DNA from: Zootoca vivipara
Taxonomy: Eukaryota
Reading direction: 5' to 3'
Assembly: GCF_963506605.1 (NCBI RefSeq)
Contig: NC_083288.1
Coordinates: 37,758,001-37,822,000 of the forward strand
DNA: 64,000 nucleotides
Under the pieces are notes generated by a model. That model did not search any database, was not told the origin of the DNA, and saw only the letters and a list, made by a program, of their open reading frames with translations. Shown in pieces: positions 24,889 through 36,910 of the stretch. The position numbers were made by a program, and so were the translations under genes. The stretch's first letter is position 1, and each line of letters starts with the position of its first letter.

Positions 24889-26494
24889 GGCTTGGATGGG
24901 ACGGAAGAGGTTCTGTCTTGATGTTCAATCTTGGAAACAAATAGGAAATAAAATGACCGTTGTGATATGGAAATGCAGAGCACTGGAAATGCAGTTTTGA
25001 AAATGGCTCATTTTGAGGATGGAAAATAAGAATCCTACAAAAAACACACACCCCACAATCCATCAATATAATCCACTGGAACATTGCTGAATTGCTACGG
25101 TAAATTCTGAAACCCACTCAAAAGCCATGAAATAAATGGGAACTGGTTCCTAAGGTTCCTAAGGATCTCCCCTTACACGACAAGGAGACGAATGCAGAGT
25201 TCACCGGCTCCCAACAGAACTCAGCAAACACACCTTGTGTAAAAAAAAAAAGAGTGCTGGTTTATAACTTTCTCATATTGAGTGTTTTTAGCTTTCCTTT
25301 CCCCACTATTCATGCTTAATTTTCCTCCAGATTGTTCAGCATTGGAGAAAACATTCACAGAACTCCGCAGCGAAAAGTGGCCAGTACAGAAGGTTAAACG
25401 TGTTAAGGTTACGAGCCTCTTGAAAAGGGCAGACACAAAAATCACACGCATCCATCTTTTATCGGGAATAATCGACGATCTCTGGTTCTACACTCGCAAA
25501 CACAAAATGTAGATTGCAATTAATTTAATTCATAAGCATTTGCACCGAAAGACAGAAGGAAGAGTGGGATCTACGCTTGATTGTGACTAGTCTAGACTCT
25601 AGTGTGTCAGAAGAACTAATCTGCGATTCACTGCTAATGAACCCAGGAGTTCTGGCTGCCATCATGTACTACAGTATACAGTATTTTACCCATGAAAGCC
25701 CCCCACCATTTCCTCTTCCACGCGAGGGTCCCAACTTACAGAGGAATAGCTGCAGCAGCGTCATGGAACTCCCCGGCATTCTTCCTGCAATAGCTCCGCC
25801 CACAGAGAGGCGGTACCTGATATTAACTCTTTCCTCTCGAGCCCCTTGGTGGGCAAACGATTCCTGGACTTGATGACCCTCATGGTCCCTTCCAACTACG
25901 ATTCTATCCTCCCTCAGCCGTGCCTTTATCAGATATTTATTTTTAAATTAGACACATGCAAGGTCTAAAGGTGTGGATAATAATCTCATGTCTAGTTTGG
26001 CCTCAAAGCACTTGGAAGTCTGGAAAAACCGAATGGATTAAGTGTATGTATGTGTATGTATATATATATATATGAAGTGCAAAACAGAAATAAACTGTCG
26101 GATGCATCCAACGGATTAAGCACCTTTTTGGAGTGTTTCAGCAGTGTCCATTACTGGCAAGTATCATTTCTTAAATGGGCTGGAATGTGAAAGTTGTTTG
26201 GGACAACCAGTACACATTGTCAGGGGTTCGGGTGACAAGAAGCCCACGAGGGAGAAATGCTATTCAGTTGACATTTAAAGACAAACCGAGGTAATTTGCA
26301 CTTTCCAAAATGATACGTGAACCAAAACACAGCCATCCTTCAAAATTTGGACTTCTCTGCAGTACATTTATCCAGCCAGGTGTCTGTACAGAAATGCATA
26401 AACTAGGGTAAACTGTGAGTAAAAATGCATAGAAGTGTGAAAACGACATCCTGTACAAAAAATGCATTCCAGATTCCAGAAGTATACACTATGC

Positions 26495-27040
26495 AGAAGT
26501 ATGGTGTCCAGATCAAGTGAAGAAGTAGTACCACTCTATTCTGACTTGGTCAGACCTCACCTGGAATACTGTGTCCAATTCTGGGCACCACAATTTAAGA
26601 TGGATATTGACAAGCTGGAAAGTGTGCAGAGGAGGGCAACCAAGGTGATCAAGGGTCTGGAAACTAAGCCTAATGAGCAGTGGTGTCCAAAAATTTTTCA
26701 AAGAGGGACAGATTTGATGAAGTGAAGGGCCTTGAGGGCCGACCAAAGTTGTTAACCTTTTTTTAGGATTGAAGTTGTTGAGAGTAGGACTCGAACCAAT
26801 GGCTTCAAGTTGCAAAAAAGGAGATTGCGACTAAACATTCAGAAAAGCTTTCTGACAATAAGAGCTGTTTGACAGTGGAACGGACTCATAGGAGAGTTGG
26901 TGGACTCTCCTTCCTTGGAGGTTTTTAAACAGAAATTGGATGGCCATCTGTCATGGATGCTTTAGCTGAGATCCCTGCACTGCAGGGGGTGCACTTGATG
27001 ACCCTCGGAGACCCGTCCAACTCTAAGATTCCACGATTCC
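26495..27040 (+). mobile_element. CR1 LINE 3' fragment (interrupted near 26680-26780)
   Basis: [43 protein letters not shown] is the typical CR1 ORF2 C-terminus, followed by CR1 3'UTR. Confidence 0.88.
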
Positions 27041-27149
27041 ATTTGCAAATATTGCTTTACAAAAACGTGCAGGTGAGGCAAGATTGCACATAGGAACGTT
27101 ATTAGGAAAATTTCACCCTAAGAATGCTGATGGGTTTTCATAAAGACTT

Positions 27150-27700
27150 TAAAACAAACAAAGCTGCATGTGGAAATGTGAAGAGCTGAACTTCAGGCCG
27201 GAAAACGAGAAACTGAGAGTACCCAAAACAGACACGATTCGCCCATCCTTAGCCAAGTCAACTTCAGCACAGAAGCTGCTAGCCGTATGCGGAAATACTC
27301 GAAGGGTTAAAAAATCAAAAACAAAGCCCCTGAGCCTAGAGAGGCTCCGAGAGACCCGAAGAAGGGGATGCAAAATGCTACGGCACTTTCCCGTTCCGCC
27401 CAAAGTGGAGAAGGAACTGAAAGTGGCTTTTGGTCCCCCTCGCGCGCCGCCCCGCCCCCCCGCCCCTGTTAGAGCAGCAGCAGCAGCAGCAAAGCCAGAG
27501 AGGCTGCGCAGTGCGAGCCTCCAGATGTGGGTGGAGAGAAGCTGCCAGGAGGGACGCAAAAGGTAGGAAGAGAATCATTTCCTCCCTCCGAGGGCCACGT
27601 GGTCCCCCTTCTGCTCCGGAGTTTTCTGCTCCCTGGTTCGGGCGGGGGGCGAGGAGGGGACCGTGGGGGTTGGGATCACACCTGGACTAGGGCTACCTGC
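27150..27700. promoter_or_regulatory. CpG island, probable bidirectional promoter for TACO1 (-) and the SCAN-ZF gene (+)
   Basis: CpG-rich with GC boxes (gccccgccc). A plus-strand donor aag|gtagga at ~27562 can pair with the acceptor at 29190. A small minus-strand UTR exon candidate lies at 25233-25205. Confidence 0.6.
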
Positions 27701-29279
27701 TTGCCCTTGCAAATGCACACATGACACACTCTCTTCCTTGCTGTCTTTGGAAGGCTGCTGAAAGATGACCTGACACGCGTTTGTACACTCCCTTTTCGTA
27801 GATCCAGCCTGGACTGTATATCATTCTACAGTACTGTATAGATATATATGCTCGCGTGCACACACAGAGAGCGAGAGAGAGCGCAGAATGAGGTGGGATC
27901 ATTTCCTGGCATGGTCCATCGAGATTTCGCTGTACTACGAAGGACCGGTCGGTGGAGTGTGCCCTTTTTTAAACTTGCACGTTGAGTCAAGGGCACCACC
28001 TGCTCCCTGCAGATCAAGAAATTGAAGCATCTTAGTTTTTTGTTTTTTTAGCCTAGCTCACTCTGTCTCGGTTGTACTAGTGTTTTTTTTTTTTTACTGT
28101 AGGAAGTTTCTGAGGCAGCAATGCCTTGGCCCACGGGGGTGGGAGGTGGACCTATCACCAGGCTGGCCACTGTGGGAACAGGATGCAGACTAGATGGGAC
28201 ATTGGCCTGATCCAGCAAGGGCCTTCTTGTGTTCTTATCCTATTCCAGCTCCTCTCAGAACAGCTCCCTAACATTGTACTGTATACATTTTGTCGGATCT
28301 GACTTTTCTTTCTTTTCTGTAGAAGTGTTTATCCATTTTCACTTCTTTTTTCATTTTCTTGTTCCCTACCACTATAGAATTTTGCATGTTTATCGGTTTA
28401 TAGATAATAAAAATAAATAAATCAGCAAACAGCCCTTCCACCCAGCTGCATTGAAAGCGAAAGATAAAATACAGTAGTTAGGCCCACTTCATCAGTCTTG
28501 AGTCTGTGACCAAGTGCAACTTGGTAGTAGATATTATTTATTGCATTTATATCCCGCCATTTTCTCCAAAGAGCTGTAGATGGTCGCATACATGGTTCTT
28601 CCCTTCCTCAATTTCCATGACAACCCTGTGAGGTGGGTTAGGCTGAGAGGCACTGACTGGCTCAAGGTCACCTCACCCAGTGAGGTTTATGACCGAGTGA
28701 GAGGATTTGAACCCTGGCCTCTGAAGTCCTAGTCAGACACTCCAGCTACTACACCACACTGGACTAAGCACTTAAATGCATAAAGCATTTTTCTATATGG
28801 CTTCCATCTCATTTAAATGCTCTTATCAAGTAACAGTGCATGGATAGTGGTTGTGTCTGCACCAGATGCCAAGATGGCTGACCACCATATATAATAACTA
28901 GCAGGTGTTGTTGGAAGGGCAAACATGGTTATCAACTTGTATTTTACTTTATCTGAGGGATCTTGTGGTATTGTCAGCCATGCCAGGGATTGTGGTTCCC
29001 CCCCCCTTCCTTGTGCACCTGGGGACAGGAATATTAGATGGGGTGAGAATAAAAATGGAACAATTTTCAGATGATCGGTCCTGGGCTAAGAGTGTTCCAC
29101 TTTTCATGACAGGACAATGCCTTCGCTGCCTCACCACAGATTATTCTAACCGCAGGCCAAGTCAAGAGATTGAGAGGCCTTTCTCCTCAGCGTGAGAAAC
29201 TGAAACCAAGAGAAAGCAGCCGCTGCAGCAGCAGTCTCTTGAGAAGCAAAGTGGCCAAACTTCAACGCCCACTCCCAAA

Positions 29280-32200
29280 ATGGCGGCTCCCCAAGGAGAA
29301 ATGGCAGACCTGGGACTCCCATTGCCGGTTCGAGTCAAAATGGAGGCCCAGAGCCAAGCAGCGAGCGCTTCACCAGAAGGAAATGGGAAATTCTCCAGCG
29401 TAAGCCCCGGTGGCGCTGCTGAGGAGCTAGCGAGAGGAGCGTCTGTGCCCAGGGTGAAGCAGGAGCTGGCAGAGGAGCAGCCTCAGAGCTGGGATTGCCA
29501 ATGGCAGCGGCTGTTGGAGGTGGTGCCCACTCCAGTGGCGTCCTCAGTGCGGGACAACCCACAGTTGCCTCCTCTGTCCCAGGGGGGCAGCACCGAGGCC
29601 TACCTGGCCACCTTTGAGCGAGTGGCCGATGCTTCTCAGTGGCCTAGAGAGGAGTGGGTAACTCGACTTGTGCCCGTCCTCAGTGGCCAAGCCCAGCAGG
29701 CCTATTTTGGTTTGGATGCGAAAGACAAGGGTGACTATGGGAAGGTGAAGGTGGCCATTTTGAGGCTGGACAGCTACATGGCCACAGAGGCCCATCGCCA
29801 AGGCTTTCGGCACTTCTGTTACCAGGACACCGAGGGGCCACGAGGAACGTGCCAGCAGCTCCAGGAGCTTTGCCACCGTTGGCTGAGGCCTGAGAGCCAG
29901 ACCAAGGAGCAGATCTTGGACCTGCTGATCCTGGAGCAGTTCCTTGTCATCCTGCCGCAGGAAATGCAAGACTGGATCAGGGAACGTGGGCCTGAGACCT
30001 GCGACCGGGCCGTGGCTCTGGCTGAGGAGTTTTTGCAGGAGCAGCAGGAGACTGAGAGATGGGCCCAACAGGTAAGGGATGTAATCTTCCCTGGTCTTTT
30101 CTGGGGGTGCTGAGAAGGTCTCATGGGTTTGCAAACAGGAAATTGAATTCTGCCTAGCAGGAAGGGTGGGGATATTTCACTAAGGGGCTAATCAGCCTTT
30201 CATAGTCCAAGAACAGTGTGAAAAATAGGCACGAGGGTGCATGTCATCTTGAGAATTGCCCTGGAAGATTCCATATTTCCCTGAATACAGTGGAACCTCG
30301 GTTGTCGAACGTAATCCGTTCTGGAAGACCGTTTGACTTCCAAAACGTTTGAGAACCGAGGCGCAATGAGCTGTCAGCAAAATCCATTGAAAAAATGGGT
30401 AAATGCGCCACAGGAGCCGTTTGACTTCCGAGGTGCGTTCGAAAACGGAAGCATTCACTTCTGGGTTGTTGGCATTCGAAAGCTGAAACGTTCGACTTCC
30501 GAAGCATTTGACAACCGAGGTTCCACTGTATATGTACTTTTAAAAAAATACCTACAAAGTAACGAGTAACAGCAGATATTGAATTTTTTGCCTCTAAAAG
30601 CAGCGTAGATTGTGTGTGTGTTGGATGCACAGGAGACCAATTATAAATCCGCTGTAGCCCCATGTGGCCAACACAAAGTGGGCTGTGGTTTCATCTAAAA
30701 GTGGGAAGGTTATGCCTCACCACAGAATTGGGGGGGGGGGTGGAGCTTGTCAACAAACTCTGTCCATATACTAGCTGTGGTGATTGCATCACACACTGCC
30801 AGCCTCTTGAGGCACAGCGACTGCAGGTCTTTTCTGGTTTCATTCCCGACAAGGCTGCCGCTCCACTTTCCCTCGTCCAGTGTTTCTGCTCTGATCGAGA
30901 AAGCTCTGTGTATTCTGTATGCACCCTGGCTGCTTGTTGTTTAGTCGTTTAGTCGTGTCCGACTCTTCGTGACCCCATGGACCATAGCACGCCAGGCACT
31001 CCTGTCTTGCACTGCCTCCCGCAGTTTGGTCAAACTCATGTTCGTAGCTTCGAGAACACTGTCCAACCATCTGGTCCTCTGTCGTCCCCTTCTCCTAGTG
31101 CCCTCCATCTTTCCCAACATCAGGGTCTTTTCCAAGGATTCTTCTCTTCTCAAGAGGTGGCCAAAGTATTGGAGCCTCAGCTTCACGATCTGTCCTTCCA
31201 GGGAGCACTCAGGGCTGATTTCCTTAAGGATGGATAGGTTTGATCTTCTTGCAGTCCATGGGACTCTCAAGAGTCTCCTCCAGCACCATAATTCAAAAGC
31301 ATCAATTCTTCGGTGCACCCTGGCTACTAGCACTTATTTATTCACATCCTTCAGATGATATTATTGTTATTATATATCCTGCCTTTCTCCCGAAACCGTA
31401 CATGGTGGTCACCGCCAACATTTGTATGGGAAATCTCACCACTTGGGCACAGGGAGTCTTGACCACGCTTTCTTTTTTCTTCTGGCGAAACATTTCACTT
31501 CAAACCCATGCAATTGAAACTTATCTTTGTGCACCCATAATGGCTAGAAACCTGACTTTGTTAAATACAGAAGCTGAGCTTCTATGGGCGCCACTCGGCA
31601 TCCGTTTCCGCGCAAGCTAAATTCAACCATTTCCCGTTCTGTTCCTTTCAGATAACGGTGCCGATTGAGATGGTTATTGTAAACTCCCCCATTGTAGACC
31701 TGTCGGACTCGACACAGAGACATCTTCGCAGGGAAGCCAAACCAGCTGACGAGGATAACAGCTTGCAAGGTAATTGCAGCAGGGAAGTGCCTCGGAAGGA
31801 TGGCTTTTCCACTTTTGTAGGATTAGGTTTCTGCAATACAGCGCCCTTTAACAAACTGCAGTTCCCAGGAGCTCTGCTTGGCTCTCCTTTCTCAGGACTG
31901 AGGCTGAGATCGCCAGCATGCAGAGCATGGCATGTTGGTGCCTCTACCCCAAACGCCCCTCTCTCTTTTCTCCCAACAGAAAGCTACTTTGCAAGCAGAG
32001 CTGTGGCCAAGGAGCTGCACCAGCCCGCGGTGGAGGAGCCGGGAAGGAGAGCTCCGGGGGGATTCGGGGAGGCTGTTTTCCCAAGAGGCGACCCTAGAAG
32101 GCCGCACGGGAGCGAGCGCGGTGTGGGGATGCAGCAGAAGGGGGGCTGCCTCTCGGTCCGGGTCATCAAGGACAGGGGGCTCAGAGGGGTCCTCGCCGAC

Positions 32201-32461
32201 CCAGAAGCGAAGCGCCACCTGTGCAAGGAGTGCGGGAAAAGGTTCCGCAAGAGGTGGGACCTCATTCGGCACGAGAGGATCCACACGGGCGAGAAGCCCT
32301 ACCAGTGCCCAGAATGCGGGAACAGCTTCAACAGGAACACGACCCTCACGAAGCACCTCCTCGTTCACTCAGGGGAGAAGCCCCACCAGTGCGCTTACTG
32401 CGGGAAGAGATTCACACGGAGGTCGCACGTCGTGAACCACCAGAGGCGTCATTCGTGGTAG
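29280..32461 (+). CDS. SCAN-domain C2H2 zinc-finger protein with extended Gag/capsid-like region (~463 aa, 3 fingers); exons 29280-30071, 31652-31769, 31980-32461
   Basis: SCAN motif EAHRQGFRHFCYQDTEGPRGTCQQLQELCHRWLRPESQTKEQILDLLILEQFLVILPQEMQDWIRERGPETCDRAVALAEEF, then donor cag|gtaagg at 30071. The downstream exons are in phase (0, then 1) and end in three fingers with TGEKP/SGEKP linkers; total 1392 nt. Confidence 0.9.
30288..30528. mobile_element. Tigger/pogo-like MITE
   Basis: TA|cagtggaacctcggttgtc...gacaaccgaggttccactg|TA. Confidence 0.87.
30935..31313 (-). mobile_element. BovB LINE 3' fragment in intron of the SCAN-ZF gene
   Basis: BovB 3' end; TSD tgcaccctggct(g/a)ct at 30920-30934 and 31314-31328; near-identical to the 14008 copy. 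Confidence 0.93.
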
Positions 32462-33347
32462 GAGCTGCCTTCCGTTCCTCTTGTGGGGGTGGGGGTGGCC
32501 CACCTTTAGGTGGATGTGTGCCAGTAGAAAGGAAGCATTATTATTATTATTATTATTAGTAGTAGTAGATTGCAGGGCAGTTCACAACATAAAAGCACAA
32601 TATAAAAAACACAAAATACGTAATAAAACTAACAACAGCCTAATAATCCCACCCACCCACAATGCCAAAGGCATTGATGTCAATCAGCCAAAGAGTTGGT
32701 GGAAGAGGAATGTTTTTGCCTGGCACCTAAAGGTGTATAATAAAGGCACTAGCCGAACCTCTCTGGTGAGAGCATTGCACAAACAGGGAGCCACTGCAGA
32801 AAAGGCCCGTTCTTGTGTTGCCACCCTCCGGACTTTCATGGAGGAGACACACGAAAAAGGGCCACAGAAGATGATTTCAGGGTCCTAGTAGGATCATATG
32901 GAGAGAGGCAGTGCTTGAGGTATTGCAGTCCTGAGCCGCATGAAGAGGGTGGGCTGAGAAACCTGTTTTGACTGTTGGTTGTTAGGAGAGACCCCTGTTC
33001 CCCTCACAGAGCTGCAATCCCCAGAGTGGTGTAACAGTCGCTTCCTCTTCCCAGGGAGTGTTGGGAATTGTAGCCCCATGAGACGAGTAGGCCTTATCTA
33101 ACAACTCTCAGAAAACCCTTTTAAAAACTACAGTTCCCAGGTTTCTTTTGGGCAAGCCATGTTACTTTATTGGCATGATACTGCTATCAATTGATGGTGC
33201 AGATGGGGCCTATGTTCAGCTGTGTGTATGTGCTTGTTTACATGTGGGCGAACATTCCGGCAAGCCACCCCTCCCTTTGTATTCTGAAGTGGTAGAACCC
33301 AGGAGCGTCGGTTCCACACTTTCTGCGTTCAAACTCAGCCTGAATTA

Positions 33348-33447
33348 GGGATAGCTCAGTCGGTAGAGCATGAGGCTCTTAATCTCAGGGTTGTGGGTTC
33401 GGATCCCACGTTGGGCAAAAGATTCCTGCATTGCAGGGATTTGACCC
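33348..33447 (+). mobile_element. tRNA-Lys(CTT)-derived SINE with CR1-like tail
   Basis: A box tagctcagtcggtagagc, anticodon arm ctcttaat and B box ggttcggatccc, then aagattcctgcattgcaggg; no closed acceptor stem. Confidence 0.8.
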
Positions 33448-33458
33448 TTGTGGTTACA

Positions 33459-33665
33459 GTTGCCAGACTCAATAGAGGACAGGACTTCTGTGCCTTTAAT
33501 TGCCCTGCTCTCTTTTGAGTCTGGAAACCTTAAAGAGAAACCAGCAGACCCTTTGCTTGGAAATTAAACAAAGGGTCTGCTGGTTTCTCTTTAAGGTTTC
33601 CAGACTCAAAAGAGAGCAGGGCAACTAAAGGCACAGAAGTCCTGTCCTCTATTGAGTCTGGCAAC
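33459..33665. repeat. Near-perfect 97-bp inverted repeat (foldback MITE)
   Basis: Arms 33459-33555 and 33569-33665 are reverse complements with one mismatch; 13-nt spacer; the tggcaacccta end is shared with other elements in the window. Confidence 0.9.
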
Positions 33666-34834
33666 CCTAGCCCAAGGTCATCCAGGGAGCTTCATGGCTG
33701 AGTGGGGATTTGAACCCTGGTCTCTCAGGTTTTAGTCAGACACCAACCGCCACACTGCATTGGCTGTCATTATGGACCAAATTGACAAGAAATGAATTTT
33801 TGGTTTCTTACGATAACACACCACCTCATTTTGTTGCAGCCAAGGAAGGTCTTGACGAAGTCCCCGCTGTCTCCTGTTGGTGCGACAGATTTGAGCAGAG
33901 AGCAAGGGAATTTACTCCTGTATCCAGAGGCGAAGAGGCTGCAGCCGAGTGTTTGCGCTGGGAGGCTCGGAAGGCAGGCTATGCTGTTGGCAGAGGGGTG
34001 GCTTCTAGAGCATTTGTTGCTTGTGTGCATCTCGAATCTGATGATCAATGGATGTCTGAGGGCAAGCAGCTTCCAGGGGGTGGGGAGGGGTGGGGGAGAA
34101 GGGTCTGTACTATCCGTTCTGTCATTTGGCGAAGTCGTGAAACTGTGGGAGCATCTTAAGAGAAAGGAAAACTATCCATTGTCATTGGATCCAGAAAGGC
34201 AGCCCTGGGTCAGGTTTCATCTATTTATTTAACGTTATCATGGGATTACTTGCTGGAGCTGAAGGTAGAATATGTATCGGGACATGGGCAGGATTCTGAG
34301 CGCAAACCAGCAGATGCCACTGGGAGGACTGCAAATTTTGAGCGTCTCACTCAACGTTTTTGTATCCAAGCAAGCTTTGCCAAGTCAGGAGTACACTTTC
34401 AGCACTTTGCTGTACCCATGCCTGAAACTGACTGTTCACATTGTGGCAACAGGCTGAAGCTGGAAGGTACAGAAGGGAAGAGTTTCCCATGTGTATCTGG
34501 GTGGCCACTGTGAGAACAGGATGCTAGGTGAGAGATTGGCCACTGGCCTGATTTAGTAGGCGCTTGTTTTGTTCTTAAGCATTTAAAAGGCAACCCCAAC
34601 AAGCAGGAGCATGTTGGGCTCGCAAAAGTGATGCCTGCAATGGAGCCCAGGGGGAAATAGGGTACAGCCTAACTCATGTAAAACTCCAAGCCTTGAGCTG
34701 GAAATAGGATTGCCAACTGACCAAGAAAAGCACTGGCCAAATGTGCTCTTGTGCCTTTATTAGTTGCTCTAGGTGCATAAAATCAACCAGCTTCTCAGCA
34801 TGGGGATAACACTACCAGTTGTGAATATCTACAC

Positions 34835-34971
34835 CAGTGTTTCTCAACCAGTGTGCCTCCAGATGTTTTGGGACTACAACTCCCATCATCCTAGCTAGCA
34901 AGACCAGTGGTCAGGAATGATGGGAGTCGTAGTCCCAAAACATCTGGAGGCACACTGGTTGAGAAACACTG
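34835..34971. mobile_element. hAT-type MITE (cagtgttt TIR variant)
   Basis: Near-perfect palindrome; TSD atctacac. Confidence 0.88.
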
Positions 34972-36910
34972 ATCTACACATCTTGAGGCTGTTAAAGGCT
35001 TACAAGTGCAGCGGCTGGTCGAAAATTTGGCAGCCCAGATTGGAAAGGGAGGGCTGGATAGGGAAATAAGAAATGTCCCAGCCTCCCATTCTGGGCAATG
35101 GCTCTTGTTGCTGAACGCTTTGCAGGGTCCTGCCGTGATTCCTTGGCACGGCTTACTACTTATGCAGGATAGTGATTGTGCCCCTACAGGTTGAGTAATG
35201 CACGGTGTAACTGGCTTGGCTGTCGGTGGTGTATTTTAACTTTTAACTCTTTAGAAATGGAAAATCAATGGCGCTTCTGTTTATTTAATAATTTATTTCC
35301 CAGTTTCCCAAAATGTGGTACAAAAACCACTTACAAAAAAAAAATTCAAACATTGAAAAACCAAGACATCGGTTCTAATAAAACCTGGCAACAGTTGCTG
35401 TTGTTCCCTAAGCAGGATGCCTCTTGCTATTCAAGGCTCTCATAGTCCTGTTCTATCAATGGTTGCAATTCCTAAAAGAGCAGAGCAGAAGCACACAGGG
35501 TTTTTTTAAAAAACGTGTTGTTTATGTGTTGGGGGGGGGGAGAGAAACTGAGCTTTCCTCTAAGTGCAATATTGGATCTTGTTTAAAATAGCACAAAATA
35601 GACGCAGGCGTAAGCATTTGCAGATCTGTTCATGTGGTCATTATGGGTAATTAAGGGTTTTTAAGTTTGTTGGGGGGCTCATTTATATATGCTCTTGGGC
35701 TTTATTTTAGCCTCTTTGGGCTTTATTTTAGCCTCTTTAAGATCTAGAACTCTGATTATGCTGGGAGAAGATCACATTTTAATGGAGGATCTACTTGTTC
35801 TGAAAACACAAAGCCCATGACTTAGCGCAGATGTGCAAACATGTTGATGTCCAGACCAAAGCCACAGATTTCCTCCCTGGTCATGCCAACTGCTGGGGCT
35901 AAGCCATGGTTTGGCTTAGCATTAACATGTGAACTGGGCCTCTATAAAGCAGCTTTCAAGAATTAGTAAACATACCCTCGACATACTTTAACAGTGAGAA
36001 GTCTCTGGCTGAACTTTTCATTTCATTCACTTAGCGGCTTTAGGTGTGCCACTATTCACTGAGTCCTCTCCTTTGCAATATAGGGATAATATTAGCCTAA
36101 GGGGCGGAATTGTAAGTGCTTTGAACAGAGGAAAAAAATCATGCAAATATGAAGTACAACTATTGCCTCAAGAACCTACTGTATTTTTTGTATGGTCAAG
36201 AAACATGCCATTTCCTTGTTCAGTATGAGCACCCAGTGCAATAGGCATGATATCAAATTGTCCTAATTTTGACCACATTCCAGGGCACTAGTTGGGAGCC
36301 TGCTGTTGGACTCCATTGGCCATCAGCCCCAGCCAGCATGGCCAAAGCGCAGAGATGATGGGAGCTGTATTCCAGCAACACGTGAAAGGCCACAGGTTCC
36401 CCTCCACTACTCTTTTTCGGGTGCTTTCTCTTGTTGATCTGGCCCCGATTTGCTCTGCTCTGTCCTTTCAATGTTTTGAATGCCAGTGGCACAATTCCCA
36501 CCATTGTCCCAATGCACTGGAACATCCACCCTCTGTGGTTCCCAGCCAGAAAATCCTGGAGGACGAGAGCTTTCCATTCATCTTGCAAGTCTTGATTTCT
36601 CCCACCCCTGCTTTTCTTATTTCATAGACATCCTGCTGAATCCTTCAGTCCTTTTATTTAATCATTTCACTTAAGAGAATTAATTATTTCACTTGTTAGT
36701 CGCATGATTCTGGGGCTGGAAGCTTAAAAGAGCCCAGATCCAGCCGGGGAAGAAGCAAACACAGGAGCTGATCCAGGGAAGAGGAAGAGAGCATGCTGGG
36801 ATTTTCGGAAGGGTCACACAAAGTGTTGGAATTCCTGGGCACTCTTCCGCTGCCCAAGAGGATGAAAGGTCAGCCATGGACAGCTTTTGCAAAAGCACAG
36901 GACTCCTCCT

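Noticed and set aside
33348-33420. Possible tRNA-Lys(CTT) gene
   Set aside because: The acceptor stem does not pair and the sequence runs into a CR1-like tail, with a second copy at ~44850; it is a SINE.
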